A DNA stretch of 64,000 bases from Candidatus Babelota bacterium. GTDB taxonomy: Bacteria; Babelota; Babeliae; Babelales; Vermiphilaceae. Shown one piece after another: positions 23,281 through 32,510 of this stretch (within the stretch, counting starts at the first letter, position 1; each line of letters opens with the position of its first letter). The notes under the pieces were generated by a model, which had not been told where the DNA came from, made no database searches, and was given only the letters and a program-made list of their open reading frames with translations. The translations under genes were made by a program, and so were the position numbers. The DNA lies in the NCBI GenBank assembly GCA_029262595.1, contig JAJCZB010000041.1, positions 22,123 through 86,122 on the forward strand, read 5' to 3'.

Positions 23281-23395
23281 TCCAAAAAGAGATAATTAAT
23301 TTTCTTGCAATTTTAATTTTTCAGAGCTAGCATGTTTTCGAGCTAAGAAGGAATTGTAGTAATGAAGCACTCTTTTCTTTCAGCTCATTATCTTT

Positions 23396-24088
23396 TTATG
23401 CCTGTAAAGACTTACCATATCGATACGATCGATCTTTTAATCGTTGGAATTGTGCTGCAAATTTTTGAAATGTTTTGTGGTCTTTCACAACGATCGCATT
23501 TTCTTGATTTGATTTACTTGCCGCTTTTGTAAAATTATATGAGCCGGTCCAAAGAGTTGATTGAGAATTAAATAGCGCAAATTTATGATGCATCAAGCTT
23601 GATCCACTACTTGCTGCCGGTGGATTATATACAAAAATAGAACATCCTTTATCGCAGAGCATGTTCATTTTATTTGCCCGCTCTTTTAAACACCCCACAT
23701 CAGTCACCAGCGAAACAGCCACTCCTCGCTTTTGAGCACGAGCAAGAGCGCGTGCAATTTCAGGCTCGGTTAAAATAAAAATTGCTGCATGTATTGCTTC
23801 AGTTTCTTTATCTATTAATGAAATAAGCTCTTTTTTCACGTCATCATCGGGAGAAAAAAGAGAACGAATTGATAACTTTTTTTTGCTATCGCCTACTGGT
23901 GCAGGCGACTTTGTCTCTGGTAATTCAAAAAAATCGGACTGTCCCACAATAAAATGCGTCTTTCCAAATGTATCTGGCGCAGCGAAGGCTACCTGCAACG
24001 GCTCCTCTTGCAATGACTTTGAAAAAGAACAATATGAAGATTCAGCTGCCGCACTCCATGCGAGCAGAAAGACGATACTCCAAAACAT
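23396..24088 (-). CDS. Secreted phospholipase D-superfamily protein, Nuc-like single-HKD endonuclease type
   Basis: Signal peptide. Single HKD-like motif MHHKFALFNSQSTLWTGSYNFTKAASKSNQENAIVV. Confidence 0.7.
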   Translation of the reverse strand: MFWSIVFLLAWSAAAESSYCSFSKSLQEEPLQVAFAAPDTFGKTHFIVGQSDFFELPETKSPAPVGDSKKKLSIRSLFSPDDDVKKELISLIDKETEAIHAAIFILTEPEIARALARAQKRGVAVSLVTDVGCLKERANKMNMLCDKGCSIFVYNPPAASSGSSLMHHKFALFNSQSTLWTGSYNFTKAASKSNQENAIVVKDHKTFQKFAAQFQRLKDRSYRYGKSLQA

Positions 24089-24135
24089 AGCTCACTCCTT
24101 TTTTATGGCAAAACTATCTCTTTTTTAGCGCCGCA

Positions 24136-26850
24136 TTAAAACTTCCATTTCATTTCTACTTCTCCTCCCACATCTCGACGCTCATCACGAATTACTCGAA
24201 AGGTTACATCATCAGATAAGATATATTCAAGTTCAAAATGCGTATCTTCCGTAAGCGAAAAGTTTTTTTCAATCATTGCACGCCATCTCTCATTGACTAC
24301 AATTTCTAAAGTTCCCCGCAAACCGCCTCGGCCTGATTCATCACTAAAATTAGGCTTTAATTGCACGTTTATCTGATTCATCCACGGCTTAATATAATGA
24401 TCAAAAAAATTAGATTTATGAGAACTAAAAAGATAGTTAGTAACATTCTGCATGAGTAATGCAGGTATAACAGCGTCCAAAGATTCTTCATGCGCGCCAG
24501 CAACTAAAAGCCCTACCACCTGTTCTTCAGATAACGGAGGAGTGGATTCCAAAAGCACTGTCGTATCTTGCAAGGAGCCGGTTACATTAAGCGTAACGTT
24601 ATGATTTTTTATTTTATTTTTCGCAACCAATTCAACAAAGGGATTCAATGGCTGCTCTTTAAAAAAGGTAATTTTCCCTTTATTTATATATAACGGCTTA
24701 TAAGGAAATCCAATCGTACCTGATGGTACTTGCACTGATCCTTCAACAATCGGATCATATAACGACCCCTTTACATGTAACCCCACCTGCGCATTCGCTT
24801 GTAAAAAATTAGTGTCTACTTTTATCGGCTCTTTAGTCTCAACCGTTACATCACACTCAATAGGAACCCCTTTGCTCTCACGCATAGAGCCGGCTGCATA
24901 AAAAAGTTTTTTTTGTATCTGCTGAGAAAAAAGATTTTCTTTTAATTGCGCACGATTAAGCATCACGTTACCTGAAACAAACAGAGGATTTTTTTCCTTT
25001 TTTGAAAGCAAAAGATTACCCGATATTACTGCAAAAAGATCTTGTTTTGCCGTAACCAAGCAACGATCAATTAAGAGCGGTGCATGCACAAACTGCAACT
25101 GCCCTTCATCAGTAAACCATATCGTTGCTTGAGAGCTAGTGATTGATCCGTTATGCAGCGTGCAATGCAAATCATTAAATGAAAGCCGCTTTTTGGCCAG
25201 ATCCCCTACGATATTAACAGCCGCACCACTCATAAAATTATAGGTCTGCGGCAATCGAATGGTCGCCTCATCAAGCGCAAGATGCGCATACAACTGATTA
25301 TTTTCTTTGCTTGCAGTGCACCGAATTTTCCCCTCTCCATGTATATCCGAATGTAAAAATGCATTACACAACTCTTGCACAATCGAAATATCAATCGTCG
25401 ATTTATATTTTTTACTGTGAGCGTCATAAAATAAATCAACTACCTCATCCTTCTTCTCGTTCCATACTTTCACGTGAGAAATATAAGGCGTATCCATTGA
25501 CGCGCCACATTCATAGTAATGCGATCCGAGAGTGCCCTGGGCAGTCAAACTTTGTTGATCATCCAAAGAGCACGTCCCCTTCGATGCAATTTTTGCGTCC
25601 GTTAATGAATGGGACGCAATCATTGCATACGTTCCGTCTAAACGATCAATTTTTCTGTCGTATGAAATCTGTATATGCGCATCTTGAGGACGTACTACAA
25701 ACTGGCAATAGCGAGCAAACGAAAGAGTTGTTTCATTTGCGGCAAACGCTTCTCCTTTTTCTTTTTGCGCATTCCAATCAAAAGATCCATGTAAAGCATG
25801 ATAGAGGCCATCTTTAATAGCCCACATACCATTCCAATCCGCCGCTCTTTTTGAAAAGTTCGCATTAAACAAACACGGCTGCGCAAGCCATGGATGCTGA
25901 ACATCTTCACACACAATAAGTCCATCTGAGCTGCCTGCCTCATCGAGCGAGCCTTTAAATTTTACCGCACATATCCCCGAAAGAGGCGACACATCTGTCT
26001 TAAAAAAAAGTTTATACAAAAAATCGAGCGCAAAAGAAGCAGTCGCCTCGACGTATAAATCATCATCTTTCTTCCCAATAATCAGAGGATTAATGCGCAA
26101 TGAGCGATCAAGACTTTGCACCTGAAACCGCCCACGATTACGATGCCAGCTTCCAGACAAAAAACACGTTGGATATTCTCCTAAGGATGCAGCCGAAGCG
26201 TTAATATCAACTTGAAGCGCATAATCAATCTCTTTATTCTTTTCTTGCGTGGTAATATGCATTTCGCCTTTCAGATCAGAAAGGTAGTGTGTTTTTTTAT
26301 AATCTATATGGCCGTCTAAAAAGCGAAAATGTAAACGAAATAAGGCACCATCTCTGACAGCATCACAATGCCACAGATACACTGATTCAATGTCATCATC
26401 CCCCACCATTAAAGTCGCCTGACGCATCTTTGCTTCTGAAAGAACAAGAGGTATTGGAAGATCTGGACCTTTAATAAGTTCTTGAATGTGAGGAGCAATT
26501 GCGGGATTTCCGTCTTTCATTTTTGAATATGCTTGCAAATCTTTCATATGCGTCCACATATCGATGCATCGTTTTTTTATGCAATCCATCCAAGAAAAAC
26601 CAGATCTATATGTTTTGGCACTCCATGACCACGAGTTATCTGAAGCCCGCAGTGATAAGTCTTTAACGAAAATACGTGGGTGCACTATGTCAAAAAAATC
26701 AACAGTGCACGACACTTCACAGTCAAGCGTATCTGCCATAATACGCGTAAAAGAATCTCCTACCTTCTGCTTAACCCAGGGATCCTTTTGAGCAATGAAA
26801 AGGGTGCAAAAAAAACCGATAAAGGTACCGAAAATAATTCTTAAAATCAT
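24136..26850 (-). CDS. TamB/AsmA-like translocation-and-assembly module protein
   Basis: 904 aa. N-terminal anchor MILRIIFGTFIGFFCTLFIA, a long beta-rich body, and a DUF490-like C-terminus (PPLSEEQVVGLLVAG ... VGGEVEMKWKF). Confidence 0.55.
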   Translation of the reverse strand: MILRIIFGTFIGFFCTLFIAQKDPWVKQKVGDSFTRIMADTLDCEVSCTVDFFDIVHPRIFVKDLSLRASDNSWSWSAKTYRSGFSWMDCIKKRCIDMWTHMKDLQAYSKMKDGNPAIAPHIQELIKGPDLPIPLVLSEAKMRQATLMVGDDDIESVYLWHCDAVRDGALFRLHFRFLDGHIDYKKTHYLSDLKGEMHITTQEKNKEIDYALQVDINASAASLGEYPTCFLSGSWHRNRGRFQVQSLDRSLRINPLIIGKKDDDLYVEATASFALDFLYKLFFKTDVSPLSGICAVKFKGSLDEAGSSDGLIVCEDVQHPWLAQPCLFNANFSKRAADWNGMWAIKDGLYHALHGSFDWNAQKEKGEAFAANETTLSFARYCQFVVRPQDAHIQISYDRKIDRLDGTYAMIASHSLTDAKIASKGTCSLDDQQSLTAQGTLGSHYYECGASMDTPYISHVKVWNEKKDEVVDLFYDAHSKKYKSTIDISIVQELCNAFLHSDIHGEGKIRCTASKENNQLYAHLALDEATIRLPQTYNFMSGAAVNIVGDLAKKRLSFNDLHCTLHNGSITSSQATIWFTDEGQLQFVHAPLLIDRCLVTAKQDLFAVISGNLLLSKKEKNPLFVSGNVMLNRAQLKENLFSQQIQKKLFYAAGSMRESKGVPIECDVTVETKEPIKVDTNFLQANAQVGLHVKGSLYDPIVEGSVQVPSGTIGFPYKPLYINKGKITFFKEQPLNPFVELVAKNKIKNHNVTLNVTGSLQDTTVLLESTPPLSEEQVVGLLVAGAHEESLDAVIPALLMQNVTNYLFSSHKSNFFDHYIKPWMNQINVQLKPNFSDESGRGGLRGTLEIVVNERWRAMIEKNFSLTEDTHFELEYILSDDVTFRVIRDERRDVGGEVEMKWKF

Positions 26851-26863
26851 ACTTTGCGTACTG

Positions 26864-27355
26864 TTATGAAATTATATTCCAGGCATCAGTGTACTGATAT
26901 TTGCGCAGATAAGATACCGACGAGACAGCGCAACTCAAAGCATACGTACATTGTTTACTCACGTCAGTAAGATACACGGCACCCGATTGAATTACCCCAT
27001 CTGGATAAAACGTTATACTTTTGTTTTTAAACGTAATTGGACTTTGAATTGTTTCCTTTGGACTGCTTGGAGGGCCCTTTACACCCTGCGCTGTGCCAAA
27101 CTGTACGTGCGCCGGAAGGCGATAACTCTTTCCATTCGCATGATACATTTTTTTCGGCACGTCAAAGGTAAGTGTTTGTGGCACATGCAACATTAATGCT
27201 CGTCGTTGCATATAATAAGAGACGCTATACAAATGCTCAAGCTCAGCTCGTACTACCATACGTGAAAGAAAACCGGTATTGGCACTTGAAAGAAGTGCTA
27301 AAATAGAAAGCAATGCAATGACAATCAAAAGTTCTATCAGAGAAAAGCCAGACAC
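26864..27355 (-). CDS. Type IV pilin / T2SS pseudopilin-like protein
   Basis: Class III signal (M)SG/FSLIELLIVIALLSILALL with the invariant Glu at +5. I propose the GTG start at 27355, 1 nt after the gspE stop. The longest ORF (to 27430) would overlap gspE by 74 nt. Confidence 0.7.
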   Translation of the reverse strand: MSGFSLIELLIVIALLSILALLSSANTGFLSRMVVRAELEHLYSVSYYMQRRALMLHVPQTLTFDVPKKMYHANGKSYRLPAHVQFGTAQGVKGPPSSPKETIQSPITFKNKSITFYPDGVIQSGAVYLTDVSKQCTYALSCAVSSVSYLRKYQYTDAWNIIS

Positions 27356-27356
27356 A

Positions 27357-29054
27357 TTATTCGTTTGCAGTCGCAACAGAAAGAACTTCTTCAATGGTAG
27401 TAAGCCCTTCTTTAATTCTGCGCACCCCATCTTGCACCAATAGCGTCATACCCTCAGCGACTGCCTCTTTTTTTATTTGGGCAGTATCAGCGCGCTCCAT
27501 GATAAGTTTGGCAATTTTTTCACTCATTTTCATTACTTCAAAAATAGGTAGTCGGCCTTTATAACCTGAATCACCACATTCAGAACATTTTTTCGGTTCA
27601 TAAAACGTGATTGATTTTGCTTCCTCTGGAGTAATGCCCAATCGAGTAAGCAGCTCTTGTGGCGGATCATATTTTTGCTTACATTTGTCGCACAGCTTAC
27701 GAACCAATCGTTGCGCAATAATAAGAACCACTGATGACGCAATTAAAAATGGCTCAACGCCCATATCAATAAGACGGGTAACAGAAGCAGGCGCATCATT
27801 CGTATGCAGAGTACTCAAAACCAGGTGACCCGTTAATGCTGCTTGAATAGCAATTTGCGCCGTTTCTTGATCTCGAATTTCACCGATCATCACGACATCT
27901 GGATCTTGACGCAAAATAGAACGTAGTGCTGCTGCAAATGAAAGGCCAACTTTTTCTTTTACTTGTACTTGGCCAATCCCTGTCAGCTGATATTCCACTG
28001 GATCTTCTACCGTTATAATATTTGTGTCTGGATTATTAAGAGCTGAAAGAATGGAATACAAGGTGGATGTTTTACCAGAACCGGTTGGACCAGTAACAAA
28101 AATAATACCATTTGGTTCTTCTATCGCTTCGGTTACCCACTTGTAATCATGCTCACTCATGCCCATTTCGGCAAGAGGTTTAAATGAGCGAGACTTATCG
28201 AGCAAACGCATCACAACGCGTTCGCCGTATGCTACCGGTAAAATCGAAACACGAATATCAATCGCTTTATCTGCAAGTTTAATATTAATACGACCGTCTT
28301 GAGGAATTCGTTTTTCTGCAATATCAAGATTCGCCATAATTTTAATACGCGAAATAAGTGCGCCTTGGGCCCGTTTTGGGATCGTCATAACATTGTGCAT
28401 AACGCCATCAATACGAAATCGAACCCGTAACTCTTTTTCAAATGGTTCAATATGAATATCAGATGCACCGCGCTTTACTGCCTGAAAAAGAATCTGATTT
28501 ACCAGTTTAATCACAGGAGCTTCTGATCCCATAGTAAGAATATCTTTTTCGTCGACCCCCTCAAGCGCCACATCTTCAAGCTCTTTATGCTCTTCTTCAA
28601 GCTCCTCTATCATCTGTTTTCCACCCTCAAGTGGATAGTAGCGATTAATGCCTTCGATGATTACTGATTCGGGAGCAACCGCATATTTTACATCCCCGCC
28701 CAAAAGCATAGTTAGCTCATCTAGTGGCTGAAAATTGAGTGGATTACTGGTTACGATCGTTATTGCACCGTCTTTTTTAATCGGCATAACAACGTTATCC
28801 CGCAGAAACTGGAGAGGAATTTTTCCGAGCAGATCTAAATCGATCATTTTCTCATCAATTGATCCAATGTACTCATAGAGGGCATATTCAGCATATGCCT
28901 TTGCAAGCTGCTCTGCAGTTGCAAATTTCTTTTCAATAAGACAACGATCAAGCGATACGCCCGTAGATTCCATCTCTTTTTGGCATTCATCTACCTGTTG
29001 AGTGTTAACCACCCCGGAGGATACCAAAATATCTTCTAAAGCCTTTTTAACCAT
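27357..29054 (-). CDS. GspE/PilB-family type II secretion / type IV pilus assembly ATPase
   Basis: N-terminal T2SSE_N-like domain, Walker A GPTGSGKTST, Asp and His boxes, Walker B (DPDVVMIGEIRD), and tetracysteine CDKC...CSECGDSGYKGR. The ATG at 29054 follows GGAGA. Confidence 0.9.
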   Translation of the reverse strand: MVKKALEDILVSSGVVNTQQVDECQKEMESTGVSLDRCLIEKKFATAEQLAKAYAEYALYEYIGSIDEKMIDLDLLGKIPLQFLRDNVVMPIKKDGAITIVTSNPLNFQPLDELTMLLGGDVKYAVAPESVIIEGINRYYPLEGGKQMIEELEEEHKELEDVALEGVDEKDILTMGSEAPVIKLVNQILFQAVKRGASDIHIEPFEKELRVRFRIDGVMHNVMTIPKRAQGALISRIKIMANLDIAEKRIPQDGRINIKLADKAIDIRVSILPVAYGERVVMRLLDKSRSFKPLAEMGMSEHDYKWVTEAIEEPNGIIFVTGPTGSGKTSTLYSILSALNNPDTNIITVEDPVEYQLTGIGQVQVKEKVGLSFAAALRSILRQDPDVVMIGEIRDQETAQIAIQAALTGHLVLSTLHTNDAPASVTRLIDMGVEPFLIASSVVLIIAQRLVRKLCDKCKQKYDPPQELLTRLGITPEEAKSITFYEPKKCSECGDSGYKGRLPIFEVMKMSEKIAKLIMERADTAQIKKEAVAEGMTLLVQDGVRRIKEGLTTIEEVLSVATANE

Positions 29055-29185
29055 TCTATCTCCAGAATCTGTTTTGATTACTGAGTAGCATACCATACTG
29101 GTAAAAAGATTGTGTATATCTTTGTATGTATTATACTTGAAGCAGTAAGAAATAGTGCTTTGGAGGCAGACTTTGGAAGGGAAAC

Positions 29186-30013
29186 ATGAACTTCATTCGT
29201 AATCTTTTGATACTTTTGCTTTGTTCAACCAGTATCATACAAACGGCACCATCTATACGTATGCCTACAATGCCACAAGGCCTTTCTGCCGATAAAAAAA
29301 CTGATACTAAAAAAGTGCTCGTCGATGACGGAAAACGGCACACGTTAGGCACTATGACGTATGAAGAACTCAAAAAGGCAAAAGAGGAAAACTGTAAAAA
29401 AAAGCACTTTGATACGGCAATCATCTATTTAGAGCGCATGATAACGCTCTGCGAGAATGTAAACGAAAAAGCGCATCTCATTATAGAACTTGGCAATCTT
29501 CATTTTACTCAAAAAAACTACACTGACGCCAAAAACAGATATCAAGAGTTTGAGCGCCTCTATCCGGGAAACCAACTCATCGAGCATGCAAAAAAACAAA
29601 TTATACTCTGCTCTAAGCAAGCCATACTCAGCCCCGATCGAGATCAAGCGCCTACAGAAGAAACATTACGACTCGCAAAAGAATACTTAGAGCGCAAATC
29701 ATTCACACTGTATCGAGAAGATGTAGAAGCCATTAAAAAGGAATGTGAAAGCGTACTTGCGCAATCAGAATGCGGCGTTACAGAGTTTTATATAAAGCAG
29801 GGTAATTTTAAATCTGCTGAAAGACGGATTAAACATATCCGAACAGAGTGGCTCGATAAAGTTCCAGAAATTGGAACCACACTTGCACAACTAGAAGTAA
29901 ATCTTGGCGCTGCATGGACCGATTTTGAAGTACCGAAAGCGTCCATTACATTAGTAGATGCTTCAAACACACGTAAGCCAACAAAAAAATCCGATATGAC
30001 AAAACGATTTTAA
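29186..30013 (+). CDS. TPR-repeat lipoprotein, BamD/YfiO-like (tentative)
   Basis: Signal peptide with a Cys (LLLCS). TPR-like helices (NYTDAKNRYQEFERLYPGNQLIEHA; FYIKQGNFKSAERRIKHI). Size and position fit BamD, but the identification is weak. Confidence 0.4.
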   Translation: MNFIRNLLILLLCSTSIIQTAPSIRMPTMPQGLSADKKTDTKKVLVDDGKRHTLGTMTYEELKKAKEENCKKKHFDTAIIYLERMITLCENVNEKAHLIIELGNLHFTQKNYTDAKNRYQEFERLYPGNQLIEHAKKQIILCSKQAILSPDRDQAPTEETLRLAKEYLERKSFTLYREDVEAIKKECESVLAQSECGVTEFYIKQGNFKSAERRIKHIRTEWLDKVPEIGTTLAQLEVNLGAAWTDFEVPKASITLVDASNTRKPTKKSDMTKRF

Positions 30014-30016
30014 CGC

Positions 30017-30376
30017 ATGAAACCTAACACTACTAAAAAACACATTGGCAATCACGGCGAACAGCTCGTTGTAGACCAACTTGAACAAGCTGGATTCACC
30101 ATCGAAGCGCGTAATTATGCAAAGCGGTACGGTGAAATCGATATTATCGCATCCAAAAAAGACTTGCTTACATTTATTGAAGTGAAAAACCGATTCAATC
30201 CGCTTTTTGATATGACAGAATTAATACCACGATCAAAACAACGCAAAATTGTATCTGTTGCCAAAGCATTTTTAGCTCACTATCATACTGTAGAAGTTAC
30301 ATGCCGCTTTGATGTAGCATTAGTAACACGATCAAATAACATTACCTACAACGAAAACGCCTTCACTCAAGAGTAG
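30017..30376 (+). CDS. yraN: YraN-family (UPF0102) endonuclease-like protein
   Basis: GEQLVVDQLEQAGFTIEARNY...GEIDIIA......TFIEVKNR is the classical YraN pattern. Confidence 0.8.
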   Translation: MKPNTTKKHIGNHGEQLVVDQLEQAGFTIEARNYAKRYGEIDIIASKKDLLTFIEVKNRFNPLFDMTELIPRSKQRKIVSVAKAFLAHYHTVEVTCRFDVALVTRSNNITYNENAFTQE

Positions 30377-30378
30377 CT

Positions 30379-31035
30379 ATGAACGAATTTAAAAAACGAC
30401 TTGCATCCTCACTGGTTTTGGGGAGCTGCTTTTGGCTTTCGTTTATATATTTTCCTCCTATCATTTTTTCGTTTATTCTCGTTGTAATTTTACTTGTGAT
30501 TATTTTTCATGAATGGCGACGCTTTTTCGATTTAAAAAGCCCATTTTTTTGGCTTATGCTTCCAGTCTATCCCATTTTGCCGTTCGGGCTGCTTATCTAT
30601 ATGAACCAGCATCCTATCTATCATCCGCTTTTATTAGAGCTTTTTTTACTCGTGGCTAGCTTCGATACCGGATCCTACATTGTAGGCAACCTCATGGGTA
30701 AGCACAAAATTGCCCCGCTCATTAGCCCAGGAAAAACAATTGAAGGGGTTGTTGGTGGGTATATTTTCGCAGTTATAGGGTTTACGCTGCTTGAATGGTA
30801 TGAGCTGGGAAGAATGTTACCGTGGTGGTTTATTCTCGGGTTTACCTTATTTGTAAGCATACTCTCTTTGCTCGGAGATCTCTTTGAGTCTTGGCTCAAG
30901 CGTAGAGCGCATATCAAACACTCAGGAGATGCGATCCCAGGCCATGGAGGCTTTCTGGATCGATTTGATGGGATTATGTTTGCTGCAATATTTTTCTTTT
31001 TATTTCGAGATCAGCTCATTCACGTTTTAGTTTAA
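30379..31035 (+). CDS. cdsA: Phosphatidate cytidylyltransferase
   Basis: Signature SLLGDLFESWLKRRAHIKHSGDAIPGHGGFLDRFDG in a multi-pass membrane protein. Confidence 0.85.
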   Translation: MNEFKKRLASSLVLGSCFWLSFIYFPPIIFSFILVVILLVIIFHEWRRFFDLKSPFFWLMLPVYPILPFGLLIYMNQHPIYHPLLLELFLLVASFDTGSYIVGNLMGKHKIAPLISPGKTIEGVVGGYIFAVIGFTLLEWYELGRMLPWWFILGFTLFVSILSLLGDLFESWLKRRAHIKHSGDAIPGHGGFLDRFDGIMFAAIFFFLFRDQLIHVLV

Positions 31036-31043
31036 AGCCTGGC

Positions 31044-32312
31044 CTATCGTCGTAAATAAGCTGCTACGTCAACTTGCGATATCGCTTCCTGATCACCAGT
31101 CATCATATTTTTAACCAAAACTGTTTTATCGTTTTGTTCCTGCTCACCAAGAATAAGTGCATATGCTGCGCCCATTTTGTTTGCACGCTTCATCATATTT
31201 TTAAGAGAATCTCCATCCAGATAAGTATCTGTAGCAAAATCAGCAGCATGCAATGAATCGGCAAGTAATAAAGCTAAAGGGTTTTGCTCCTGAGAAAGCG
31301 GCATTACTACATAGAGAGGATGCGGCTGCGGCAATGCAAGCAAATCCATAATTGGTTCAAGCACAAGCATCAATCGCTCAATTCCAATAGCGGCACCTAG
31401 AGAAGGGTATTCCTGCTTTGATCCTATTTCTTGAGCAAGCCTATCATAACGCCCACCTCCACAAAACGCATCCTGAGCTCCCAATTGCCCACTAACAAAC
31501 TCAAACACGGTTTTATTATAGTAATCCAAGCCGCGAACTAATCGCGGATTAACCGCAAAGGTTACTGAAAGAAGCGTAAGCTCGTTTTGTAATTGTTCCC
31601 ATTCTTTTTGTGACTCCGAACTCAGATGATCTATCATCACCGGCGCATTTTCATATAATGTTTTACAGGTGGGATTTTTGCAATCAAAAATACGTAAAAT
31701 GTTATTTTCTTTACGCACCATACAGGTCTCGCAAATACCGTCTAATTGATCAACAAATACTTTAACCGTTTCTGCATATCGAGCGCGATCATCATACGAC
31801 CCTAAAAAATTAATCTGTAATGATGAGCTTTCTATCTTCAGCTTCTCATGAAAAAACCGATCCAACATAGTAATGAGAAGAGCGTCTTGAGAAATTGAAG
31901 ACGAGCCAATAACCTCCACATTAATCTGATGAAATTGGCGAAAGCGGCCTTTTTGAGGGCGCTCATACCGAAACATGGGGCCATAAGAATATACTTTCCA
32001 CGGGGTAGTAAGGGGCTGACCTTGCAAAAAAGCTCTCACAGTAGCAGCCGTAGCCTCTGGCCTTAAACACAAGGCATCATCTTTTTGTGATGCCGATTTA
32101 ATTACAAACATTTCCTTACTGACTACATCGGTATACGTCCCTAGAGTGCGTTTAAAAAGCTCTACATGCTCAATAATTGGCGTAGAAATCTGATTAAAAT
32201 GATACAACGAAACATGCGTTTGAAATTGCTCCAAAATAAACTGAAAAAGACGCGTATCTAAAAAATCTTGCGTCCCTTTTACGCGCGATATCGTTTGCAT
32301 GCCGTATCCCAT
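31044..32312 (-). CDS. hisS: Histidine--tRNA ligase
   Basis: Class II motifs: GTQD near the N-terminus, LCLRPE, MFRYERPQKGRFRQFHQ, GGGRYD, plus a C-terminal anticodon-binding domain. The start may be the ATG at 32300 instead of 32312. Confidence 0.9.
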   Translation of the reverse strand: MGYGMQTISRVKGTQDFLDTRLFQFILEQFQTHVSLYHFNQISTPIIEHVELFKRTLGTYTDVVSKEMFVIKSASQKDDALCLRPEATAATVRAFLQGQPLTTPWKVYSYGPMFRYERPQKGRFRQFHQINVEVIGSSSISQDALLITMLDRFFHEKLKIESSSLQINFLGSYDDRARYAETVKVFVDQLDGICETCMVRKENNILRIFDCKNPTCKTLYENAPVMIDHLSSESQKEWEQLQNELTLLSVTFAVNPRLVRGLDYYNKTVFEFVSGQLGAQDAFCGGGRYDRLAQEIGSKQEYPSLGAAIGIERLMLVLEPIMDLLALPQPHPLYVVMPLSQEQNPLALLLADSLHAADFATDTYLDGDSLKNMMKRANKMGAAYALILGEQEQNDKTVLVKNMMTGDQEAISQVDVAAYLRR

Positions 32313-32510
32313 CTAGAAACATATGAATAGTTACCATTATTAGTAGGTACGATCCTACCGTAAAGAAGGCCTAGAGTAAAGTATTGTGTCTTCAATGAAG
32401 GCGCCAAAAGGAGCAATGAAGACAAAAAAATTGACTCTATCAATTGAATCGTGGTAATAATTGAGAAGAAAAAGATTTAGTAATGTTCAACCCACAGAAG
32501 GAGAGTTTGG

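Noticed and set aside
25311-25817. Long antisense ORFs inside large genes: 25311-25817 in tamB, 38416-38841 in pgeF, 39580-39951 and 38953-39354 in the 496-aa gene, 35630-36010 in secA, and 11436-11849 in the CoiA-like gene
   Set aside because: All lie opposite genes with strong motif support. They have unusual, low-complexity or Cys/Phe/Ser-rich compositions and no ribosome-binding sites. These are typical shadow ORFs.
26864-27430. ATG-initiated 188-aa version of the pseudopilin ORF
   Set aside because: It would overlap gspE by 74 nt and give a 28-residue leader before G/FSLIELL. The in-frame GTG at 27355 gives a canonical short prepilin leader.
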